DNA of 53,072 bases from a virus (IMGVR_UViG_3300020442_004221:1-53072), one strand, 5' to 3'; positions 8,816 to 18,327 are shown, numbered from the stretch's first letter. Notes: generated by a model from the sequence alone, not told the origin. Made by a program: numbers and translations.

Positions 8816-10702
8816 TTATTTCTCCAGAAAGGTTTGTTGTGATAAGCTAGTCTTAGCATACATTATTTTATCTAACAATGCAATACCCAAAATGTCAAAT
8901 TTAATAACCCCTATAGATTCTAAATCAGCCATTTCAAAACCAGCTATGCTTTGTTTTGTCTTAGTATCCCATAGCATAGGACATATAGAACTCAATTGAT
9001 TATTAGCAATTGCTATACCGGCAGCATGTTTAGACTGATTATATTTAGAGCCTTCCAAACGAATAGCTTGTTCAAATCTTTTAGATAAAGGTCCTTGCAG
9101 TTCATTATTATCGTCTATATAACACCACTCTTTTAATTTATTACCATTATTTTCTAATGCCCATCTAATAATAGATGCTTCGCCATTTTCATCTTTCATT
9201 TCTTGCAACTCATCTGCAATCTTAGCTTCATCAGGAATGCTCTTGGTGATTTTATTCATTTCTTGGAATGAAATATTACCATACACTCTTAGAACCTCTT
9301 TTAAAGCTCCTCTGCCTTTTAACGTATTAAAAGTAATCATCTGAGAAACTTTATCATGTCCATATTTTTCTTTAATATAGTTGATAATATTTTCACGATG
9401 TTCTATAGGAACGTCTACGTCAATATCTGGCATAGAAATATGATCTTTGGTGTTTCTACCAGTGTTATAGAATCTTTCAAAAATAAGATCATACTTAATA
9501 GGGTCTATAGCTGTAATACCAATCAAATATGAAACTAAACATCCAGCAGCACTACCTCTACCGGGACCGGGTAAGCAGTTTTGGGATCTAACATAGTTGA
9601 CAATATCTCTGACAATCAAAAAATAACTTGCAAGATTTGCAGACTCTAAAACTTCAAATTCTTTCTTGACTCTATCTACATATACTTGGTGTTGCTCTTT
9701 AGGTATTTTATTTTGTATTTTTTTACGCCAACCTTCACGACACAGCTCTGTGATATATTCAATAGCAGACTGTTTATTAGGACATTGAAAGTCTGGTAAT
9801 TGTGGAGATATTAAAATGTCATACTCTTTACATTGTTTATCTATCTTTATAGTATTTTTTAGTTCTTCTGGGTCGTGAATCGCTTTCATTTCTTTAGGAG
9901 AAAGTATATAGTATTTATCTGAAGTAAAAAAAGTTGACAATGGTACTTTTTCATTGTTTATAATTTTTTGTGATATTTCAGGCAAAGTTGTTTTTAATGA
10001 ACTACACAGTAGCACTCTTTGGTCTACAGCATCAGCCATATCACAGTAATGAGCATCCATTGTGGCTACTCTGGGTAGATTATTATCTATAGCTAATTGC
10101 CTTAAATTTTTACCAATAGTTTGTTGATGTGTATTTTCAGTGTCCATAAGCTGTATTTCCACATACACATTCTTTTCACCAAAAACTTCTTGAAGTTCTT
10201 TAATATGCTGTAAGCCCTTAGTTTGCCATTCCTCCACTAGGGACTCTTCTGTAAAACTATAAATTTCATTACCTAGCGTGGAACCTGGGTGTCCTGATAT
10301 ACAGATAATATCTTTTGTTCCGGATAGCACATCTTTAATGATTTTAAGATCTAATCTGGGCTTGTGGTAGAAGTATTCTTGACTATTAGAAACAGAAACT
10401 AACTCTATTAGTTTTTGCCAGCCTTTATAATTTTTAGCAAGGACTACTAGGTGAGAGAGAGATTTATTGTCTTTATCTTTCACAGAGGCGTCTTTACTAA
10501 TATATAGTTCGCAACCCATAATTGGTTTAATGCCAAATTTTTTCATAGTCTTATAAAAATCAACATTACCTGATATTGTACCATGATCAGTAATAGCGCA
10601 AGATTTAAACTTTAATTTTTGACATCTTTTAGCTATTTGTTCAGGTTTAGAGAGTCCGTCTAACAGACTGTAATGTGTATGTACATGTAAAGGAGTATAC
10701 AT
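8816..10702 (-). CDS. dnaE: DNA polymerase III alpha, N-terminal part (PHP, palm, thumb)
   Basis: HVHTHYSLLDG, AITDHG, GPGRGSAAG, catalytic MPDIDVD and KFDILG. Confidence 0.95.
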   Translation of the reverse strand: MYTPLHVHTHYSLLDGLSKPEQIAKRCQKLKFKSCAITDHGTISGNVDFYKTMKKFGIKPIMGCELYISKDASVKDKDNKSLSHLVVLAKNYKGWQKLIELVSVSNSQEYFYHKPRLDLKIIKDVLSGTKDIICISGHPGSTLGNEIYSFTEESLVEEWQTKGLQHIKELQEVFGEKNVYVEIQLMDTENTHQQTIGKNLRQLAIDNNLPRVATMDAHYCDMADAVDQRVLLCSSLKTTLPEISQKIINNEKVPLSTFFTSDKYYILSPKEMKAIHDPEELKNTIKIDKQCKEYDILISPQLPDFQCPNKQSAIEYITELCREGWRKKIQNKIPKEQHQVYVDRVKKEFEVLESANLASYFLIVRDIVNYVRSQNCLPGPGRGSAAGCLVSYLIGITAIDPIKYDLIFERFYNTGRNTKDHISMPDIDVDVPIEHRENIINYIKEKYGHDKVSQMITFNTLKGRGALKEVLRVYGNISFQEMNKITKSIPDEAKIADELQEMKDENGEASIIRWALENNGNKLKEWCYIDDNNELQGPLSKRFEQAIRLEGSKYNQSKHAAGIAIANNQLSSICPMLWDTKTKQSIAGFEMADLESIGVIKFDILGIALLDKIMYAKTSLSQQTFLEK

Positions 10703-10707
10703 GATGC

Positions 10708-11772
10708 TTAAACTTCTCCAGGAGCTTTATATTTATCTACAGAATGCCCAGGCATTTGATAATGCTCAACGACATAATTCATACCATTCATGTCGTTATC
10801 ATGTTTGATTTGTTCACACTGGGTCATTAGTTGATCTTTGGGTGTTATTTTACCATCTCTGTACTCTATCATAGGTGTTACATGCTCATCATCCAAGAAT
10901 GTATTTTTACCAAAATGACATAACTTTGTACACTTCCATGTTTTCTTTAATAAAGGTCTTTTAGTATTTTTTATTCTTTCGAATTTTTGACGAATCATAT
11001 ACTCAGCCTTAATAGCATTATCTTCATTATCAAAACATACTGAGAATGGTCCGCCATCATTCATAAAATTAATGGTCATAATAATATGTTTAAATTGAGG
11101 AAATAATTTATGTATAGCATAATGATATATACTAAGCTGCGCATCTTGTTCTAATTTTTCTTGTGTCTTTTCTTCGCCCGTAGCCCAATTTAATCTTTTA
11201 CCCGTTTTCCAATCAATAATTTCTAATGTGTCGTCAGAGACTTGTGTAATTAAATCCACTGTTCCTTTCATAGATAAATTACCTTCTATCTCTCCATTAG
11301 GCGTGTCGTACTTATATTTAGCCCAATCTTTATCTATTGAGAAATCAAAGTGTTGCTCTACTCTGAAAACGTTTCTCAATCTAGGATCAAAGAGTCTATT
11401 ATTTCCAGTTAAAGTTTTCCTGACCCATTCTATACAATCTTTACGATCTCTGTCAGACCATTGATGATGCTTAAACTGTGAAGTATAATAATCATATACA
11501 GTATTACATAAATATAATACATATTTATTATCAAACATATCACATTCAGTTAAATCTATATCTCCTACTACGTCGTCTGATACTACATTTGTTTCATCTT
11601 GAATTCCTTTTTTCATTACTGCTAATATTTCTAGTACCTTATGAACTATGGTTCCTTTGTCAGCTTTTTTATTAGATGATCCACGACGACCTAATACATA
11701 TTCAATGAAATATTGTTGCTCACACATATTATGCGTTCCATACGACGAGCTTCTAAAATATGTTATTATAAT
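10708..11772 (-). CDS. Cas4/RecB-like PD-(D/E)XK exonuclease; probable ATT start
   Basis: GTIVHKVLE, GTVDLI, IIDWKTG, QLSIY; one N-terminal Cys plus C-terminal CxxxC...C. The frame stays open 15 codons upstream to an ATT with AAGGAG 7 nt before it. Confidence 0.8.
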   Translation of the reverse strand: MIITYFRSSSYGTHNMCEQQYFIEYVLGRRGSSNKKADKGTIVHKVLEILAVMKKGIQDETNVVSDDVVGDIDLTECDMFDNKYVLYLCNTVYDYYTSQFKHHQWSDRDRKDCIEWVRKTLTGNNRLFDPRLRNVFRVEQHFDFSIDKDWAKYKYDTPNGEIEGNLSMKGTVDLITQVSDDTLEIIDWKTGKRLNWATGEEKTQEKLEQDAQLSIYHYAIHKLFPQFKHIIMTINFMNDGGPFSVCFDNEDNAIKAEYMIRQKFERIKNTKRPLLKKTWKCTKLCHFGKNTFLDDEHVTPMIEYRDGKITPKDQLMTQCEQIKHDNDMNGMNYVVEHYQMPGHSVDKYKAPGEV

Positions 11773-12350
11773 GATATTTCTCCTTTAGATTTTAGGAAAT
11801 TGTAAATTATATTATTCTTTTCTTCAATACTTCCCTCAAGATTGGCAATCACTAAATCGAAATTAGATTGATCATAATTAATATCATCTAGTGCTGTTTC
11901 GCTTGCGTGTGTGGACTCATACAGGTTTCTGTTAAGTTTTATTACTATACCCCCAGCATTTTTAACAGCCTCAACTTCATTCGGAAATCGACAATCAGCT
12001 ATTAAAGCTATGTCTGGTTGTTCTTTCTTTATTAATCTAATAGTTGCTGATGACCAAACGTTATGCTGCATGCTTCTGAACACATCTGTTCCGACATACT
12101 GAAGCACCTCTCTAGATGTCATTTTAGAGTCTGTTCCGGGCCAACAACAATCTACCAATTCATTTTTATCTTCATCTGTACCATAGCACTGATTATATGT
12201 AAGCCCAAAAATATCTATACATAATTGCTTTAAAGGATCTGCAAAGTTATATATCTTTGTTTTTTTATTTGAAAATAAACTTTGTACAAATTCACACGAA
12301 GTTGTTTTACCAGATTGTTTTCTGCCAGCAAAAGCTATTACCTTAGTCAT
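11766..12350 (-). CDS. deoxynucleoside monophosphate kinase
   Basis: GRKQSGKTT, FADPLK, REVLQYVGT, DCRFPNE, HASE: T4 gp1-like motifs. Confidence 0.9.
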   Translation of the reverse strand: MTKVIAFAGRKQSGKTTSCEFVQSLFSNKKTKIYNFADPLKQLCIDIFGLTYNQCYGTDEDKNELVDCCWPGTDSKMTSREVLQYVGTDVFRSMQHNVWSSATIRLIKKEQPDIALIADCRFPNEVEAVKNAGGIVIKLNRNLYESTHASETALDDINYDQSNFDLVIANLEGSIEEKNNIIYNFLKSKGEISL

Positions 12351-13503
12351 AACAATTCTCCAGTTTTGGTTTTATTTCATTTTCTATCTGCTCTGTAGTC
12401 ATTTCTCCAATATCTGTAGTCAAGCTATCAATAACTTTAATATTATAAGTTCTAGAGCATTTTTCTTTAATTTTTTCAATACCCTCACTACCTGCTGTAT
12501 CTGGATCTAAAATAATTATTAAAGACATTGCACCAGAGCAATCTAAGAGAAGTTTTTGTTTGTCTCCTAAAGAAGTGCCAAAAATTGCTACTGAATTTTT
12601 AATACCAGCTTCTTCTAGTCTCCATACATTTCCAGGACTTTCAACAATTATTGCTGTATTATTTTTAGCGATATATTTTTTAGCAAACCATAGGTTGTAT
12701 AGATGGTCTTTAGATTTAAAATCTTTATTATGTTTCCACTTAGAATACTTCCATGAATATTGACTACTTATACAATCGCTATTTGGATTATGGTATGAAT
12801 TACATTTGTCGCATTTTTCATATATACTACGACCAGTACAACCAACCATATACTTATAATCTATATCATAGATAGGAACTACTACCCTTTGATACATTGC
12901 TTTTGATTTATTATCACATAAACCAACATCATATTTATCTAGTATTTCTTCAGAAAAACCCCTATCTAAATAGTATTGAGCAGGAACTTTTAGAGTGCTA
13001 CGTATAAAATTTCTAGTAATATTAGATTTAATATCTTTTTTAGATTCTGCTATTGTATGTATATGTTTAGTAAATGTTTTCTTTTCTCTATCAGATTTTT
13101 TAATTTTTAGGTCTTTGGCGTCTTTTTTAATAATTTTTAATGCAAAGTCCATGGTCTTATTAAAAGAATACATCTCGTCACCTTTCTGCCTCCAATTATT
13201 TTCATTGACAGATAAGATGCCTCTTAAGAAACCTATGATAGAAGGCTGAAATATTTCTTCACAGTGATGTGTTCTACACACCCAATTCCCTTTATAGTCA
13301 TCTCCAGTGTGATATAGGTTCAAAGCTGACGGATTGTCTCCACCATGAATAGGGCAGCACATAGTTAGCATTTTAGGACTATGCTTGCAGTCTAAATCAA
13401 ATATTTCACAAACTTCATCTAAATTATCACATAGATGATCGCAAATATTTTTAATTTCTTCTTGACTATACGAACGGTATTTCTTCTTGATTAGTTGATT
13501 CAT
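12343..13503 (-). CDS. DNA primase (Zn finger plus TOPRIM)
   Basis: CPIH...WVCRTHHC, YYLDRGF, RVVVPI, TGRS, LYNL, IVES, DPDTAG; adjacent to the helicase; start moved to MNQL. Confidence 0.85.
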   Translation of the reverse strand: MNQLIKKKYRSYSQEEIKNICDHLCDNLDEVCEIFDLDCKHSPKMLTMCCPIHGGDNPSALNLYHTGDDYKGNWVCRTHHCEEIFQPSIIGFLRGILSVNENNWRQKGDEMYSFNKTMDFALKIIKKDAKDLKIKKSDREKKTFTKHIHTIAESKKDIKSNITRNFIRSTLKVPAQYYLDRGFSEEILDKYDVGLCDNKSKAMYQRVVVPIYDIDYKYMVGCTGRSIYEKCDKCNSYHNPNSDCISSQYSWKYSKWKHNKDFKSKDHLYNLWFAKKYIAKNNTAIIVESPGNVWRLEEAGIKNSVAIFGTSLGDKQKLLLDCSGAMSLIIILDPDTAGSEGIEKIKEKCSRTYNIKVIDSLTTDIGEMTTEQIENEIKPKLENCYD

Positions 13504-14929
13504 CGTCATCATTAATTTTAAAAGTATCTTGAGGATTATTAGCCAATTCCAATTTAGTTTTACCTTCTGTAATTTTAGCACACCAGCCTTTCATGTGACA
13601 ATTAATATAATCGTTGTCATCTAGTCCGCCACCATGTCTACTTACAATAGGTAATAATTTTCGATTGCCTCCACTAGGACCATCTTCAGCAATCTCTTCA
13701 TCTGTTTTTCTCTTAAAGATTGAGAAGTTACTACACAACCATATGATTCTATCCGAACCTGAAGCTGTATCAGTACTCTCTTTTGTAATACCATCACGAT
13801 TAAGCTGAACAAATGCAACTATAGGTATTTTATATTTTGTAGCAAAATTATGTAGTTGTGTCATCATAAAACCAAGTACTTGATATTCTTTCATATCTTG
13901 ACTAATTCCTTGACTATCCATTAATTTTAGATAATCGTAAAATACCACGCAGTCTTTAGCTGTTCCGTCATCATTTAGACCAACTTCTTTAATAATCCAT
14001 CTTCTCATGATAGAGACTTGTTCTTCAAATGCCTTACCAGCGATAGATTTATAATAAAGAGGTAAAGATTTCATTTGGTCAATGCCTTCATGTATTTTCG
14101 TCTTTAGATCTATTGAATCTTTAAACTTTCCAGTTTCAATAGTAGACATATCAATTTCGGTCATCATTGCCAAAATTCTATTTATATGATCCTCTGTAGT
14201 CATTTCTGTATCCATATTTAAAACTGGTATACCATTACTAGCTAAAGCATAACCCATGTTATCAGCTAATAACGTTTTACCCGTTTTTGGTCTAGCAGCT
14301 ATGACATTGACAGTACTTTTCCTTAATCCTCCACCAATAGCTTGATCGTATATAGGAAATCCTGTAGATAATCCCACTTGGTCGATAGGGTTTTCTTCTA
14401 AGTTTTTAATATATTCTTCTAGATTTTTACCAATAGCCTCAGGCTCATTACTGCCATCTCCTAATAATTGACCTAAATCTAATACCTTATTTTCTGCAAT
14501 ATTTAATATATCTGTAATACTTTCAGATCCACTAATGTCATCGATTTCGTTTTGTGCCAAAGAAAGTTTTTCTTTTACTATTCTAGCTATTTCTAATTTC
14601 TTTATTTTGATAGCAAAGCGTCTAAGGTTATTTTCTTCAACAGGAAATACCAAGATAGCCTTAATATGCAAAGCTTCATCTTTAGATGATAAGATCGTAC
14701 TACAACCTAATTCTTGAGATGCTGAGAGTATGGATGCAAGATCTATACTAGAAGCATTGTTTTCTTCATAAATATGTTTTATACAATTAAATATTAATTG
14801 ATTGGTATCTATAGTAAAAGATGCAGTAGATATTAAATCTGCTATATCTAAGTATGCAGACTCTCCATATTTACACAAACCTGCTAGAACTGCTCGTTCT
14901 GCGGATGGATCAGATAAAATTTTAGTCAT
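13466..14929 (-). CDS. dnaB: replicative DNA helicase
   Basis: AERAVLA, GLSTGF, ARPKTGKT, DTEM, YDYLKLM, QLNR. Confidence 0.93.
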   Translation of the reverse strand: MTKILSDPSAERAVLAGLCKYGESAYLDIADLISTASFTIDTNQLIFNCIKHIYEENNASSIDLASILSASQELGCSTILSSKDEALHIKAILVFPVEENNLRRFAIKIKKLEIARIVKEKLSLAQNEIDDISGSESITDILNIAENKVLDLGQLLGDGSNEPEAIGKNLEEYIKNLEENPIDQVGLSTGFPIYDQAIGGGLRKSTVNVIAARPKTGKTLLADNMGYALASNGIPVLNMDTEMTTEDHINRILAMMTEIDMSTIETGKFKDSIDLKTKIHEGIDQMKSLPLYYKSIAGKAFEEQVSIMRRWIIKEVGLNDDGTAKDCVVFYDYLKLMDSQGISQDMKEYQVLGFMMTQLHNFATKYKIPIVAFVQLNRDGITKESTDTASGSDRIIWLCSNFSIFKRKTDEEIAEDGPSGGNRKLLPIVSRHGGGLDDNDYINCHMKGWCAKITEGKTKLELANNPQDTFKINDDDESTNQEEIPFV

Positions 14930-14932
14930 TTT

Positions 14933-15355
14933 TTAACCAGCTGATGAGGAACACTTATTACATTTATATCTTTCTTTTCCACTAGAAATTAGTGATGAAG
15001 ATACTTCTTCTTGTTTACCGCAAATTCTACATTTTACAGCAATCAACTCTTTCTTGGGTCTTCTTTTCATCGGTGGTTTTGAATATAGTTTTTTTGCGAT
15101 CTCTGGGTTTTCTTTGAACATCCCAGATTCTGACATTTGATCAAATTTATTAACTGCCAATGATTTTGCCTGCTTAGGTTTTCTAGTAGTAGTTGTTTTC
15201 TTTTTGGTGGTCTTTTTCTTTGTTGTTTTCTTTTTGGTTGACCTGCGTTTAGTTTTTGGTTCTGTGTCGCTATCTTCCAGCATAGAACTTAATAAAGCAA
15301 TCATTTGTTTAATTTGTTCTGGATTGTTTTTAATATCCTCAGGATTGATTGACAT
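14933..15355 (-). CDS. hypothetical protein with Lys/Thr repeats and a C-terminal Zn ribbon
   Basis: TKKKTTKKKTTKKKTT; CRIC...CNKC. Confidence 0.65.
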   Translation of the reverse strand: MSINPEDIKNNPEQIKQMIALLSSMLEDSDTEPKTKRRSTKKKTTKKKTTKKKTTTTRKPKQAKSLAVNKFDQMSESGMFKENPEIAKKLYSKPPMKRRPKKELIAVKCRICGKQEEVSSSLISSGKERYKCNKCSSSAG

Positions 15356-15836
15356 TTTTCACCTTATTTCTTTGAATAGAAAGTAGAATATCTGATAAGT
15401 TTTTAAGATTATTAGCTAAATAGGATAATCTATCCATTCTTTGCTTAGCATATTTCTGTATCTTATATAAGCTATTAGCTTTATCATTATTTTTTACTGC
15501 TTGATAAAATTTTTCTATATAGCCATATCCCTTATAGTTATTTAATTCATCAGCAATTACCATTTTAGCACTATCCTCAGCCCAATTATGTCTGGCAATT
15601 TCTCTGTTTAATGTTCTTTGGATATGAAATGACATTTGGCCTAGTCTATAAGATATTTGGGCGCAATCTTCCGGCGTTAATTTTTCTATAACATCTCTAG
15701 ACATAGTTAGATATTGATTTAACTCTTTAGAATTTTCAATCTGAGATGTAGACAAATTGGGTAATCCTGTAGAATTTTCATATTCATCTAGAATTTTGTC
15801 CCAATATTCTAATTCCTCTTTACTTGTTTTATGCAT
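15339..15836 (-). CDS. helical hypothetical protein, possibly a UvsY-like recombination mediator
   Basis: Coiled-coil character, size and position near recA; function is a guess. Confidence 0.35.
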   Translation of the reverse strand: MHKTSKEELEYWDKILDEYENSTGLPNLSTSQIENSKELNQYLTMSRDVIEKLTPEDCAQISYRLGQMSFHIQRTLNREIARHNWAEDSAKMVIADELNNYKGYGYIEKFYQAVKNNDKANSLYKIQKYAKQRMDRLSYLANNLKNLSDILLSIQRNKVKNVNQS

Positions 15837-16233
15837 TGTTAATAATTTCCAGCCATTCTTCTTGTTTATTATATGGTAGTTCTATATATATAATATTATT
15901 TATCTCACACCACTCTTTTTTATCTCTATCTCTTTTTTGTTGTTTTAGAAAATCTAATTTGGTTCTATGATAAAATGGAGTAAATTCATAATGCTGTTCT
16001 CCATGAACTTCTATACATTTTTTATTTAATGGTATAAAAAAATCCATATATAATGTTTCGGATTTTCTAAGATGTATTGTGACTTCTTCTAGTACTTGTA
16101 AAGTTGGATATACGTTTTTGATAATTTCTCTAGCTTCTAAATGAAGACTGGATTTATTATTAAGTGTGCTTTTAGAAGCTAGTCCAGTTAGGGTAATGTT
16201 AAATTCATTACCGTCTAAACCCATAGTTTTCAT
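15829..16233 (-). CDS. Vsr/DUF559-like endonuclease
   Basis: MDFFIP...IEVHGEQHY...RDRDKKEWC...IELPY. Confidence 0.75.
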   Translation of the reverse strand: MKTMGLDGNEFNITLTGLASKSTLNNKSSLHLEAREIIKNVYPTLQVLEEVTIHLRKSETLYMDFFIPLNKKCIEVHGEQHYEFTPFYHRTKLDFLKQQKRDRDKKEWCEINNIIYIELPYNKQEEWLEIINNA

Positions 16234-17237
16234 ACTAAACCCATAGTCTCTTTTGTAACTTTCAGTATTATATCATAAGCTTCAGGATTGTCAACAAAAA
16301 ATTGTCTCAATTTTTCAGTACCTTGAAATTTCTTCTTCTCTCCTTCTATTTCAAAACTATACCATGCACCGCCTTTGGATATAACTCCAATATCAATAGC
16401 AAGCATCATGATTTCTGTTATTTTGTCAACACCAGAACCATATCTAATATATGATGTAGTAACACCTCCGGGAGGACTTAAAGCAGAGCATAGCACTTGC
16501 CATTCAACGGTTTGTCCTATTTGAGTATTATCTGTTAGTGTCCACGGTTTAAAGGTTTTGGCTCTCATCTTAATATCTGTTTGATAAGCAATAGCTTGTC
16601 CACTTTTTTCTTTAAACTCAGCACCATAGCCTGTAGGATTACCCATCAAATGTGTAATACCTATTACAATATTTTTATTTACAGGAATAACATTCGCTAC
16701 TTTCCTGCAAAATTTAGCCAATAACTTAGCACCATCTGCTCTTTGCATTTTATCCATACTAGATGTTATTTCTGCTTCTGTACATAATGCAGAGTATGAG
16801 TCTATGATCACTATAGATCCCGGTTCTTCATTAATGATGCGCTCTCCGATAGAAAGGTATTCTTCACCACTTAGTATTTTACCTTCTTGCGAACCAATAA
16901 TATCAAAACGATCTAAATCTAAATGAGAAATACCTTCTAAATCTCTCTTTTTAAGTCTGCCTTCAATATTTAGATAATAAACATGTCTGGGTTTTTTTAA
17001 ATCACCTTGATATTCAGGTTTTTGAGCTGTTGCGGCTAGATCCAGTGACGTTGTAGTTTTGCCACATTTAGGCTGTCCCGTCAAAACAACGAAACTACCT
17101 TCAGGAACACCACCCCCTAAAACCATGTCCAAAGAAGGACTAACAGGTATTATAATAGACTGCCTGTCTACTAAAGCATTTGCACTCATCATTATATCAG
17201 AGCCAAAATTCTTTTTTACATCATCTTTAAGAGCCAT
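16230..17237 (-). CDS. recA: RecA/UvsX recombinase
   Basis: SPSLDMVLGGGVPEG, GQPKCGKTT, IIDS, KGGAWYSF, FQG. Confidence 0.9.
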   Translation of the reverse strand: MALKDDVKKNFGSDIMMSANALVDRQSIIIPVSPSLDMVLGGGVPEGSFVVLTGQPKCGKTTTSLDLAATAQKPEYQGDLKKPRHVYYLNIEGRLKKRDLEGISHLDLDRFDIIGSQEGKILSGEEYLSIGERIINEEPGSIVIIDSYSALCTEAEITSSMDKMQRADGAKLLAKFCRKVANVIPVNKNIVIGITHLMGNPTGYGAEFKEKSGQAIAYQTDIKMRAKTFKPWTLTDNTQIGQTVEWQVLCSALSPPGGVTTSYIRYGSGVDKITEIMMLAIDIGVISKGGAWYSFEIEGEKKKFQGTEKLRQFFVDNPEAYDIILKVTKETMGLV

Positions 17238-17661
17238 CGTCTTCCATCTCTCTGAGTTTAGAAATAATACTTTTTTTGTTTACGTTTTTTCTGAATTGTG
17301 TATTTTTGATATCTCGTTTTTCGGTATAGTCAACAGATTTATCTTCTGTTTTTAATAAAATTTCCTGTTCTGTTTCTATGATAGGTAGTAAATGTGGTGC
17401 TCGCAAAGAGTAAATTCTACGAGCTTTATTACTTTTTAATGCTTTTATAATCGCCTTTGCGTCATATTGCTTTAGCAACTTATTTGCAGTAGCTATTTGA
17501 TTTCGATAAAAAGCTGCCCAATTTTTATTAGTCCAAAACCTATAATGCAAGTCTTTCTTATCTTTGATAGCTTTATTTTCGCATATCATCTCTGTAATAA
17601 ATTGTGCTGCTGACACAAGTTTACCATTAGAGTATTTAGATGGATATTTATTCGGAGTCAT
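17227..17661 (-). CDS. hypothetical protein
   Basis: 144 aa basic ORF overlapping both neighbours. Confidence 0.65.
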   Translation of the reverse strand: MTPNKYPSKYSNGKLVSAAQFITEMICENKAIKDKKDLHYRFWTNKNWAAFYRNQIATANKLLKQYDAKAIIKALKSNKARRIYSLRAPHLLPIIETEQEILLKTEDKSVDYTEKRDIKNTQFRKNVNKKSIISKLREMEDDGS

Positions 17662-17977
17662 TAGGTCTAAAAATATGATCCTGAGTGTCTTTATTTTTAC
17701 CTACATACTTCTTTCGTAAATTATCATTAAGGGCAGAGGCTTCTCCTGTCATGATCGAAACATTTTTAGTGCCTTTACTTGATGTTTCGCTAATCATTAA
17801 ATCTTTTGACTTAGAAGCTTTCTTAGCTTGCTTAGATTCTTCAGGAGACTTATTTGCCCTAATTGCTGCATCTACTTTATCAACAGAAATATTCAGTTCT
17901 TCTGCGATATCTCCCATCTTTTTGTTTTGAGCGTGTAACCATAATATTGCATATTCTTGTTTTTTATTTCTTCTCAT
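17648..17977 (-). CDS. putative HTH DNA-binding protein
   Basis: KMGDIAEELNISVDKV HTH-like segment. Confidence 0.5.
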   Translation of the reverse strand: MRRNKKQEYAILWLHAQNKKMGDIAEELNISVDKVDAAIRANKSPEESKQAKKASKSKDLMISETSSKGTKNVSIMTGEASALNDNLRKKYVGKNKDTQDHIFRPNDSE

Positions 17978-17984
17978 TTTTTCC

Positions 17985-18326
17985 TCACTTTGGCCATTGG
18001 ATTTTTTGGGATGGTTTCTTCATTCTCGTCATACCTTTAGGTAGTTCTCTTTGACTTGTTTGCTTATAATCATTATGTTTTCTATTTAAAGCTGCTTTAT
18101 GATCGTCACTCATTCTATCACGATTTCTATTAGCCAAGTCTCCTAATGTTTTCAATTCACTGTCAGACTTTTTCACTGAACTATTAAGTGTTAGCATGTC
18201 GTCATAATTTCTAGAACACTGCTGTTTACATTTAGGACATTTGACTATCTCTTTGTACTGACTAATCGTTGCAAATAAGTCGAAAGACTCATCGCATGAT
18301 TGACAGAAGTAAGTGTATGATGGCAA
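17985..18326 (-). CDS. FmdB-family zinc-ribbon protein
   Basis: MPSYTYFCQSC...KCPKC; TTG start. Confidence 0.8.
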   Translation of the reverse strand: MPSYTYFCQSCDESFDLFATISQYKEIVKCPKCKQQCSRNYDDMLTLNSSVKKSDSELKTLGDLANRNRDRMSDDHKAALNRKHNDYKQTSQRELPKGMTRMKKPSQKIQWPK

Positions 18327-18327
18327 T

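Noticed and set aside
8813-8818. Programmed readthrough of the in-frame TAA-ATG fusing DnaE-N to the exonuclease
   Set aside because: TAA is rarely read through, and the same TAA-ATG abutment occurs at clpP/deoC-like (38843-38848), so it is probably just tight gene packing. Not fully excluded.
8060-8900. Split intein or intron explaining the broken dnaE
   Set aside because: There is no intein N-terminal block after the N-half and no HN-C/S/T junction in the C-half. The insert is fully occupied by a coupled exonuclease ORF, leaving no room for a ribozyme core.
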